Source: Geosiphon pyriformis uo1 (Eukaryota; Fungi; Glomeromycota). Taken from it: a stretch of DNA of 64,000 nucleotides. The notes below the pieces were generated by a model. It searched no databases. It was not told the DNA's origin and was given only the letters and a program-made list of their open reading frames with translations. The stretch spans positions 186,001 through 250,000 of the forward strand of contig JAAOMT010000301.1 in NCBI GenBank assembly GCA_016748015.1, in the 5' to 3' direction. Of the stretch, positions 12,764 to 24,100 are shown piece after piece. Each line of letters opens with the position of its first letter. Position 1 is the stretch's first letter. The position numbers were made by a program, and so were the translations under genes.

Positions 12764-15700
12764 GTGGTTTAACATAAAAGTTTGCTACATGCAATGTTCG
12801 TGGTATCAATGTTCTTGCAAAGCAAGTGAACATTGTGTGTTGGCATGTAAATTCTGGTAATATGATGTCTTTTATTACAGAAACTAAATTGAGGTCCAGT
12901 ATTAAGTCTTGGATTACTAATAAGTTTGAAAGTGTGTATGTTTTTATGTCTGCCTTGAATAAAAGTTTTCTCAGTGCTGAGGTTGCTATAATTATGAACA
13001 ATTTTTTGGCTCATTATGTGTCTAAGGTCAAGAAGATTCCTGGCCGGGTTATTTTGGTTCAGCTTTTATTTAAAGACAAGCTTTCAGTCACAGTTCTGGG
13101 TTTGTATGCTGGTGCCTCTTCTAAAACCAGATTTGATCAAGCTATGAAGATGAACTTTACAATTGCAAAAACTGTTAATTCTAGCACTTTTGTGGTTTTG
13201 GGTGGGGATTTTAATGAGAATAAGTCTGGAAGGAATGCAACCTTTAAGTTCTGTTTGGATCTGGATTTGGTCAATTTGTTTGCCAATCATCATATGGTAA
13301 AAGCCCTCACATGGAGCAATTTGTGGGGAGTTAAAAAGACAATCAATTTTATTTTCATTAGTGGGAATCTTTCTTCTGCCATTGTTGGTCATTAGATCTG
13401 TTCTATGTCTGGTTTTTTTGATATTGATCATAATGCTGTTTTGGTTTCGATTGGCTTGGGTGGACTCCTAAATGTTTGGTTAAATAGCTTGTATAAACAG
13501 ACTAACAAGGATCATTTGAAGTTCAAAATCAAAGATGCTAATGGCCCCAAGTAGATTGGATTTAGGGATTGTCTTTCTGCCAAGCTTTTGGCAGTTGCTA
13601 ATAGATTTCTTGGTGCTGAAACTCATGGCAATGTGAATACTATGTGAGTGATTTTGGAGAGGATGATAGTAGAATCAGCTGACAAGACATTTTTAAGACA
13701 TTGGTTTAGTGAGTTTTATTGTTCTAGGAATAAATTTTCTTCTAAGTTTTTTGGTTTGAAATTGTTGATTGCCAAAATTGTTAAAAAGTTTGGTTTGGGT
13801 AATTTGCCTGGAGTTAATCATCTCGTAAGAACATAATCGGCTTTGGATAGCATCAAGGCTTGTGCTTTTACTGACTTAATTGGCTTGGTGTGAAGTCTGA
13901 AATGGTTCTTAAACATTTATTATTGGTTTGTAAAGAATACAGAAGATCTAAGATGTATGAGTCAAGATTGGCTGAGGAGGCTTCTATTAGATTGGCAGTC
14001 TTAAAATGCATGGAAAATTTTTGCTCCAACAAAAGTAACATGATCAGGAGTGTTTTGGATTGGTCTTTTCACAAAGTAGTTCTAGATCACTTAGTAGTAG
14101 ATAATGAATTAATTTTAGAACCTGAGGAAGTAAAGTTCAATGTTGATAGAATTATGGAGGATTGGACTAGGAAACAGACAGTGTCTTTGGTGGTGCCTAA
14201 CCTCTGAGCTTGTTAGTATGCTCTTTTGGATTATGTACAGGATTGTGCTTTTTTTAGTGTGATGGGTGCTGTTGGTTTAAGTAAGTTGCTCTCAGTTGTT
14301 GATGGTTTGTTCAATGATAAAACTGCTGACTTGTCTGGCATCCCTAATAAACTTTAGAAACATGGCAGTGATGGAGTGTTGGAATATTTTTTGAGATTGT
14401 TGAATGCATGTTTGTTGGTTAGTAGTGTTCTTGTTTTATGGAGGAGGGCTTGAGTTTCAATAATTCCTAAATTTTATGATTGAGATAAGGTTTTTACGAA
14501 TACATGACCTATAACTTTGATCAAAACTGCCAAGAAAATTATCTCCAAGATTTTTTCTGATAGGATCTTTTCTGTATATAACAAGTTTAGTGTTTTTTGT
14601 GGTGATAACTTTTCCATTTTGAAAAGTACATCTACCTAATCTCCTGTGTTTATGGTTGATTCAGTTGTAAAAGATGCTCTAGAAAAGGATCATAAACTTT
14701 GGTTGGTTCTTCAGAACATGTGCAAGGCCTATAATTCTGTAGGTTGGCATTACTTGAAGACTAGCTTATATTGGATCAAAATATGTGATAGGTTCATCAG
14801 ATTCTTTGGTGGCATACATAATAATAGAGTAAATAGGATTATGACTGATTTCAGTTTTACTAATAGATACAGGGTTTGCGACAGCTTGGATTAAAGTGAA
14901 GTCTTTTTGCCTCTTCTCTGGAGAATTTTCTACGATCCTCTTTTATGCAAGGTTAAAAGGCATGAGCATTTGTGTAGTTATTAAATTGACACAAAATTTA
15001 TAGCAAGAACTGGTAAAATTGAGAATAGTGGTGGGTTGTTCTCTTTTTTTGCTGCAGGTGCATTTGTAAATAATACAATTTGGGTTGGTAATTAGTAAGC
15101 ATTAATACAATATGCATTAAATATTACTAGTGAGTTTTTTACAATCAATAACATTTCTATTAACAATAAAAAGACTGTGGTCATTTCTATTAATCAAGGT
15201 GTTAATATAGCTTCTTTGAGCATAAGTGGTCAGTCAATTTCAATAGCTAGAAAGAGTGAGACTCATAGATACTTGGGTATTTTTCTATCTACCAAAGGAT
15301 TGTCTAAGTTAAGTGTGACCAAAGCTCATTCTGATGTGTGCTTTTTTGTCAATGTGGTGCTCAAAAAAATTATTACTGACAAACAGTTCTCTTATTTGGT
15401 TTCAACTGTTCTGTAGCCTATTGTTAGCTATAAGACCTAGTTTAATTTTGTTTCATTGGGGGTTTGCTGTAAGTGGGATGCTATAGTTCAGAAAAGTCTT
15501 AGGTCTAAAGCATATTTGCTGTGTGATTTTCCAGTCGAAGCATTACATCACCTCTTGTTATATGGCTTGAAGTCTTTTGAGCAATTGCAGTTAGAGTGTA
15601 AATCAGCTGTTGTGGTTTCATTTTTCAATGCTTTTGGTATTCTTAGGGGTTTATTCAATCATAAATTTTTGGATTTGCAGATTCTGAGTTGGGTTCTGTT

Positions 15701-17240
15701 GAATTCTTTGCAGTTTCCTGTTAAGTTGCATATTAGTCCTGTGAACAATTTTCTGGCTGGTGTGGTTAAGATTTTCTTGGATAATGAGCTGTTTTTAGCT
15801 AACAATCTGCCAAGTACTTTTCATAGTCCTAGTGTGTTTTCTATATCTTTTATGTTGGGAAATACTCTTTACTTTAGTTTGGTTTGTTTGTTAAAACATT
15901 TTGGTGTCACTTTTGGTGATAGGCTGTTTGATAAAAAAGGTTGCATAATGGATTGGAAGACTTTTCATTGTTGAAAGAAATTAGATCTGAGAGACTCTGT
16001 TCTTTTTTGGTTTGTGACTGTTTTGAAGTTGTTAATGGATGTGGACTCTTTATTGGTTGTTTTTGTTGGGAGTGGTCTTTTATCTGAGCTGAATGTTCTA
16101 AATTCCGTGGAGTTCTCTGATATTCAAAGTAGTTTGCATGAAATATGGTCTGATTTATTTGACATCTACACAGATAGTTTGTTAAGAGATGCTGGGACTG
16201 TTAATGTTGCTGGTAGTGTGGCTGCATATTTTTTTTCTGTGAATCTAAGTGTTGGTGTTAAGATTCGAGATCTGTTGTCTTCTACTTTTTCTGAGTTGCA
16301 GGCAGTTGCTCTGGCATTAAAGTGCGTCTTATCTTCTTGTGCAGTAGTATTGCATCTTGACAGCCAAGCTGTTATTGATGTGTGTGTATCCAAAATGTCT
16401 TTGGCCATGCCTAATTTTTGTGTTTCATGCTGAATAGAGAGACATTACATTTTTAATTTAATTAGAGATAAAGATCTTATTGTAAGATGGGTGAAGATCA
16501 AAAGCTATTCTGGGGTTGTGGGTAATATGGAGGCTGATGCTGCTGCTAATCATGCCACGTGTTTTAAGTTTTCTTTGCCTGTGGGAGTGCATAAACATTT
16601 TTTGGTGGCTGAAGCTACAGCCATATCTGGCAATGCCTATCATTTTGTTAGGGATGTGTTTTGATCTATTTGTCATGCTTGTTGGAAAACTGGTCTTAGC
16701 CAAAATGTTGTTCAGAGTGATCTGGTTGGGTGTGTAGACTGAAGTGCTATGGCTAAGGTATGGCATCCTAACTTCCATATACTTGCCAGCTTTACTAGTC
16801 AGGAATCTTCTGGTTTGCATACATATCTGATGAAAGCTGTGCACCAATGGCTGCCTGTTGCAGTTAAGAAGAGATTATATAATAGGAGGTATCTTGGTAT
16901 GTTGTGTTTGTTGTGTGGTGAGGTGGAACTGCCTAATTATGTTTTTACTTGTGCATTGGATGCTAAGGTTCAAGAAGAGATTTTGATAGAAGCTTCTGTG
17001 TTGTGGACTTCTTTGTTGAGTGTTGATGGCCCAGCTTTTTCTGCTGTTTTGCAGGCTTTTGGTCAATGCTCTTCAGATATTGGCTTGTATTCAGTTTTGT
17101 GCAAAAGGTTTGTGCTTAGAGACTGGTATGAGGAAGCTGTCAATGTTTTTGATGGGAAAAAGAAGGCTTTCTGCATAATTATTGAGTTTATTAGGTGGTT
17201 GGCTGAATTGTATCACTCTAAAATTTGGCTGGTAAGATGT
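12760..17240 (+). pseudogene. LINE ORF2 (APE-RT-RNase H-Cys motif), continues 27381-27590
   Basis: MSGLT*KFATCNVRGIN start; domain motifs collinear with copy 1; multiple premature stops. Confidence 0.88.
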
Positions 17241-18107
17241 TGTTACTCATAGAAATATAGGAAATATATTAGCATAATTATTAGCCAATCAGAAGTAAGT
17301 GTAGTAAATGTGAAATTCCAGGATTTTTCTCAGGAATTGCAGGATTCTAGAAATTTCAGGATTTCCAACGAGGAATTGCAGAATTCCAGAATTGCAGAAT
17401 TCCTCTCAAAGGAATTGCAGAATTCCAGGAATTCCAGGATTCCTGTTGTGAAGAATTGAGGAATTGAGGAATCCCAATTATGTATATATAGCAGTAGTAT
17501 TAGAAACAGAAAAGACAGAATTGATACCACAGAATTCTTAGCTTAGAAATGCAATCATCAAATAAATAATTATTTTATATCTCCATCCATTTCCCCACTA
17601 TCAACCCTTCATGTTGATAGTAATTGATACTTGACCACGCTGGAACAATAGCTCTTGATCATGGCTATTGACGGAATACTAATCTGCAAATCGCCTTGGC
17701 TTATTTTTTTTTTTTCTTTATTTTCTTTTATTTTTTTTTCTTTATTTTATTTTGATTTGTTGTTGTATACTAATTGATTAAAGATTAAGCACTGAGTTAT
17801 TGATGTCAAGAATAGTCTGGTAAAAAACCCAGAAATAAGGGTAGGATTTTATATATTATTAGATAGTTTACCAGAAGGGCACGACTGCCAGAATAAATCC
17901 GGCCGCCAAGCTGAGAAAAAAATTGGGCATAATTGCGACTCCAGAAAAACTACTACCATTACCACTAAATTTCTGTCCATTATACAAAGGACTTAACCAA
18001 AACTTTCAGATACAGCATCTTCAGAACAGCCTCAACGGAAGTAGCTTTTGAGCACCAAGTTACGGGTTTGTTATTTAATTCAACAGCAGAAATAATCATC
18101 TGTAACA
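17241..18107 (+). repeat. Gypsy A 5' LTR (867 bp); U3 with ~9-bp tandem repeats (AGGAATTGC/AGGATTCCA-like), TATA ~17483, AATAAA ~17561
   Basis: Direct repeat of 26527-27376; TGTTAC...GTAACA termini. Confidence 0.97.
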
Positions 18108-18109
18108 TT

Positions 18110-18126
18110 TGGTGCTCTCTATGAGG
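18110..18126 (+). promoter_or_regulatory. Primer-binding site TGGTGCTCTCTATGAGG (inferred ancestral TGGTGCTCTCCGTGAGG), complementary to a tRNA ending ...GAGCACCA (elongator-Met- or Ile-UAU-like)
   Basis: TGG lies 2 nt after the LTR end; decayed equivalent tgatgctttttgtaaga at 43802 in copy C. The tRNA identity is an inference. Confidence 0.8.
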
Positions 18127-21100
18127 TATAATCCTACAGAGAACCAGCACTGACAACACCAAACCAAAAGTGGCAGAATCAGAAATTATAGGAGCAAACC
18201 ATTTAGGATTTGCAAAATCCTTATTTCAACACTATTGTTAATACTTGGGATTAAACCACAATCATATATCTGCCAAATCAGCCTTCAATTTCTATGTCAA
18301 CAAAAAGATTTCCTCTTTATTAGAAACACCAGTAAATACTGAATCAGCAAGAGAAACTTTCTATAAAGAATTAATTCAAAACACCAACTTACCAACAAAT
18401 CATAATTTTGCATCCATCATCACTAAGATCAACAAAGAAATTGAACACCACACTCAACAAAGATATCCAATTACATACACTAGTAAAGGCAAGGGAAAAT
18501 TACAAACACCAGCAGTAACACCCAGAAAATTACAGCCACCTGCTTGGAAGAAAAACAGAGTTGAATCCCTAAGCAACTCATCCTACCATTATACACCTGG
18601 AAGTGTTATCAACATATCATCAACTGACACATTTTCATCAACTGTGACATCAACATTTGGATGATTCCCATTTCAAAGTAGACAAAGAAAAACAGAATTG
18701 CTAAGACTATATGGTGAATACTTTGAGGGATTTAATTCGCGATCATCAACCCCATCAGAACTTCGATCACCACTGCCTCCACCAGATTTCGGAATCTCTG
18801 ATCCGTGGGAAACAGCAGAATCAGAAAAAGAGGAAGAAGAATCAGAGAATCAAGAATTTACTTACCAAAACCCAATCACTGAAAGCCCAGAAGTTGAAAC
18901 CCCAGAAGTTGAAACCCCGAATCTTCAAGCTCAGCAAAATTTAAATATAGAAAATTCGAAAATCGAAACTCAGAATCAGCAAAGACAGAACAATCCAAAA
19001 CCCAAATTAATTAATCAGCAAAACTTATCTCTGATAATTGTCATCGATCAACTGCCAATTAATCCAGTAGCCGAACCTATACAACAGCCACTTTAACTAC
19101 CACCTCAACAACTACTTCAACAACCACCACAACCACCTAACTTAGACCCAATGGCCTATGCACCCATTGCAAAACTCGACAACTTTACTGGTGAAGAGGA
19201 TGACGCTTAAATATGGCTGAATGATATAGAAAAGGCCATCATAGCCAATGGATGGAATGACGCTCGAGCAATACAAGCCATTCTCTACTTTTTCAAGGAT
19301 ACCACCAATTCATGGTATCAGAGCTTGGTTAATAAACCACAAGATTTCAATGCCTTCAAAGCGGAATTCCTAAGATACTTCAGCAACAACAATAGCATCA
19401 ATTGCCTAGTCAATACATTCATTACCATAAAACAAGGAGAAACTGAAGCAGTCACCACTTACCTAAGATGCTTCCATTAAAACTTGCACCAAATTCAAGC
19501 AATTGATAACGACTATTTCACAGCACCACAGATACTCAACCAGTTTATCCGTGGCCTACACAGCAGTATCTTGCAACATGTATGTCCATTGCATTCTGGC
19601 ATACTTCAAGACGCAGTCACATGCACCAGAAATTTTGAATCCACTAAGTCAGAGGCTAACCATGCCCAAGCCGTTAATCTAGTAATGAATGGATCATCTG
19701 AATTGGATTCTAAATTGGAGAAGTTCAGTGAATCAATCAATAAGAGATTGGAAGGATACTTAGCTGACAATCACACTATTTATCAGCCTCCACAATGACG
19801 CAATAACCAAGGACATCCTAATCATGGCCAAAATCAACCGCATCCATCTTCATTAACCAATCAACAGTGGCAACAGGAAATATGTATCTGCCACTATTGT
19901 GGTAACCAAGGACATATTCAAATTGACTGTTGCCAGCATTTAAATAACCAACAATCGGGAAATCAATATCAAAACCCTGATCACCAGTTCCAAACTCTGA
20001 ATCATTATCCAAATCAAAGTCAAGACCAATATCAGAATAATTATCTGCCAATGACGCAGCAACCAATCTATCAACTGCCAGTATATCAACCTCCAATTTA
20101 TCAGCCGCAGTCACAAGTAATATATCAACCACAGCCACAAATCATCTATCAACCCCAACCAATTCAAACACCACCCAGAATCCAGCTCAAATGACATCAG
20201 GCAACTCTCGATTCAGAGTCACTCAAAACTGGAGATCGGTGATAGTTGTTCACCAACCAATTCCCCATTTGCTAGACCCACCATCAAGATCACGCACCCA
20301 GAATTTGGATACCAGTCGCATTCAAAACCCAAATTCCCAACATTATTTAAGTCTCTTGGTTACCCCAGAAAACGCCACATCCAACAACACAGAATCCAAT
20401 CAGCATATACCTACCAACACAATTCCACCAGCAACCATCTCTAGCAATGAATCCCTAGCAGCCATCTTTCCTTTCAAACTCGAAGAAAACACACCAATAC
20501 CGTTATTCAGTGGAGCTGCCCTTGAAAAGAAATCCATAACAGCAATGTACACGAATGCCAGAGTTGATGGTCACCTCATCAAACTCATCCTAGATAGTGG
20601 ATCAGCTGACAGCATAATCACACGACAACTCATAGATTAATTAGATTGCCGAGTTGATCGAACTGTTAGCGCCAGAATCATTACAGCCGACAGAGCGACC
20701 AAAACTCCAATCGGTAAAATTAATGAGTTTCCTTTTAAAGTCAATAGCATCGTGACTCCCATTAAAGTTCTAGTAATGGAAGCCACTCAATACCAAGCTC
20801 TCGTTGGTAATAACTGGCTATTCAAAGTCAACACAACATTAGACTGGAACACCCAGGAACTTCAGCTAACATATCAGGGCCAACACATACATGTTCTGGC
20901 TACGTGTGGCCACTTCAAAATGCCTCCAAAAGAGAAACTATTGATTAAACTGGAGAAGGAGAAAGAAAAGCCTACCTGGGAGCCTACCAAGTATCGTGGG
21001 CTGATGAAGAGCACAACGAGCTGTCACCAATACTCTCCTGGAATGACAACAACAAGAAAAAAGGGAAACAAAAGGAAGAACTTACCTGGGAAACCAATGA

Positions 21101-24100
21101 CCTGACATGGACCGACAATGATGAGAGCAAACTGACTTCAAGCTGGGGATGGGAAGAAGACAAAGAAAATAAAGGGAAAGGAAAAAAAAAAAGACCACCC
21201 AAACCACCACCACTTATAACACTCACACTATACCACAACGATCTATTTATCATCAACCTAAGCTTATATGCGTCGATTGTGGTAAGAAATTGTCATCAAT
21301 GGGCACATGCTGTAGTGACGATGAGGAATACTACATTACAACAAAATTCTACTGTCATCCATGCTTATTTGAACACTTTGGATGACCAAAGAGGCAAGGA
21401 AAATGGGATAACCAACCTTGTCTCGCTTGTAGGGAGACCCTGCTAGATAAAGAGATGTGGAACAACATCCCAAAACATGGAGGAACATGCGACGTATTGT
21501 GTTAATACATGATGCTAATAAGTGACTAGGTAAGGAAAGGAATCCCAATAGAAGCAGCCTAGCAAAGAGCCATACAGCGACTGGACAGTTGCTCACATGA
21601 CAACAACAAAATTTGGCAAATGGCACTTGCCAAAATTGAAGAGGCGACGCCAGAAGAGATAAAAACAATCAAAGACAACTCCCCAGAACCTTTAGAGCTT
21701 GACTGAGATGCAAAACCCATCATAAACCTCCTGGATCCAGAACAATTCCATGAACACTACCAAGAATTAGCACTCACAAGGGAAGAACAAGAACAATGGT
21801 TAGAGCAGTTGAACACTTGACTATGTCAACACTGCCTAATTCTCTGTAACTTCTAGTATTGTGATGAGTGTGACCTCATTTACAATCCACCACCACGCAT
21901 GATCTACTCGATTCCTGAAGAAGAAGAACCAATCAGCAGCTACACATCAGAATCAGAATTACCGATCAATTGCGATTCAAACTCCGACAATGACGATGAT
22001 AACAACAGTTCAAGCTCTGTTCAAATTGGCAATGACGATGAAAATGATTTAGACTCAGATTCAAAACCCGATGTAAACTATGAACAATACATTGCACTAC
22101 CAGATCTCTCCAAGGAACAAGAGTTGAAATGGTATAGTGACAATAGGGAAGGTATTATGCCAGAACGTGCGCATGACACAGATGCAGGGTTTAATCTGAG
22201 ATATCCAAGAAAAGATGCCATCAAATTAAAACTGCATTCACACACCTGCATTGATCTGAAAATAGCACTAGAAATTCCAGCAACAACAATGGTTCAATTA
22301 GCATCTAGGAGTAGTTTAGTGAAAAGAGGGATTAATATAAGAGGAGGAATAATTGATGTAGAATATGTAGAAAATATCATTGCCATGCTACAAAATGACT
22401 CAGAAAAAGCCTATATAATAGAGCCCAATGAAAAGATAGCACAGGCAATATTTCTGCCTCTGATTAGAGTAGCTCAGTTAGTGTCAGTGGGAAAGAGGGA
22501 GGAATTGGGAATAACAGCGAGAGGAATACAAGGATTTGGATCAACGGGTAGAATAGAGGTATCAGTTAATATGGTGGAAGAAGAGATTGTTGGCCAAGGA
22601 GAAATTATCTCAACTGGTCAAGCTATTTCTATTCTACCATATAGCCAATACATGTTAGCAATAGAAAGGAAAAAAAAGAAGCAAGAACAGATTTTTGAAG
22701 TGGAAGCAACCCTTTGTGAATTAGGAGAGATTGGGTTAATCAATCTCCACATACCAGCCAAAAGCTATAGCAGCATAAAAATTCTTATTTACAACAATAC
22801 TGGCAATGTCATCAACATACCAGAAGGAATCACCATCGGATATTTAACCACAAAAATAAAAAACCAACCACCAAACCCCATTTCAGACTTTCCACAACTT
22901 TGTGGATATGTTGACATTACATTACAAACTATCTATGGATGAGACAAATGTTATTTGCTCCAACAAGAACAATTGGAACAAATGAACATGAGAAACTTGG
23001 ATTCACTTCAATGTATGCAGCTCAAGATGTTACTCAACAATTTTAACAACATCTTTGCCAGTGAAAATGAGTTTGGCTGAACTGACATCATCCAGCATCA
23101 GATCAAAACTGAAGATGCAATGCCAATCAAACAAAGAGCATACAGAGTGCTGCCAGCCAGCCACGAGATTATTTGTCAAGAGATAAACAGAATGCTTAAC
23201 AACAGGCTAATTCAACCATCAATGAGTCCATGATTATCACCAGTGGTACTTGTCCATAAAAAAAATGGAAAAATCCAGTTTTGTGTAGACTACAGGAAAC
23301 TCAATGGTGTAACTTGTGGAGACAGTTATCCAACTCCACAAATACAGAAATTATTTGATGCTTTCGGTGGAAACAAATGGTTCTCCACATTAGATTTGGA
23401 CAGTGGTTACTGACAAGTAGCCATGAATCCAGCTGACAAAGAGAAAACGGCATTTATTACTAGAGAAGGGAATTTCAAATTTGAAGTAATGCCATTCAGC
23501 TTAACCAATGCCCCAGCAACTTTCCAATGGCTAATGGAAATCATTTATACTGGCTTATTGTGGAAATCAGTAGTTGTATACTTGGACGACACCAATGTAT
23601 TCTCAAAGACGTTTGATGATCATCTTCATCATCTTCAACAAGTGTTTGAAAGACTGAGAAGGGCAGGACTGAAGTTGAATGCAACAAAATGCTTCTTTGG
23701 CAAGACAGAACTCAAATTCTTGGGACATATAATCAGCAAAGACGGCATCAAAACAGATCCAGAAAAAATAGAGATAGTAAAGAACTTTCCAGTGCCGACC
23801 AATATAACAGAACTGAAATCATTCTTGGGATTTGCCAGCTACTATCATTGTTTTATCAAAAACTTTTCCAAGATAGTGCAGCCACTCAATCAACTACAAA
23901 ACAAAAATGCGAAATATGAATGGACAGAAAGTCAACAAAAAGCTTTTGATATTCTGAGGAAAAAGCTCATCCAAGCTCCAGTACTGATCTATCCAGATTA
24001 CAGCAAACCATTCATTATTACCACCGATACATCCAGCCAAGCATTGGGAGCAGTATTATCTCAGAGAGGACCGGATGGCAGGGAACATCCAGTAGCATAT

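Larger units (their letters stand above)
10600..17240 (+). mobile_element. LINE copy 2, near full length (5' portion; start approximate), inserted in the ghost LTR and interrupted by Gypsy A
   Basis: ORF1 remnants 10870-12763; ORF2 remnants from 12760 (ATCNVRGIN, LGGDFN, RT, YTDS RNase H, CLLCGEVE..Y.F.C). ORF2 reads through across the Gypsy TSD (LVRC|KHRVE). Confidence 0.92.

Noticed and set aside
17315-17476. Short regularly spaced repeats resembling a CRISPR array
   Set aside because: Tandem units with no unique spacers, inside a eukaryotic LTR U3; no cas genes.
17636-17830. Group I intron-like words in U5 (ACGCTGGAAC, AATCTGCA, ACGGCTA, AAGAATAGCCT)
   Set aside because: The order does not fit the P-Q-R-S topology, P4 would mispair, and the Q- and S-like words are not conserved in LTR D or the solo LTR.
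17330-18162. Antisense ORFs in LTRs (17330-17530, 17980-18162; also 59490-59741)
   Set aside because: Explained by stop-poor repeats and the conserved U5 hairpin; frames are not conserved between LTR subfamilies.
20160-20200. Programmed gag-pol frameshift or ATGA junction in Gypsy A
   Set aside because: No clear slippery heptamer; a 1-bp deletion in the C-run (ccacccagaat) is the simpler explanation, and similar indels occur near 20980 and 21185.
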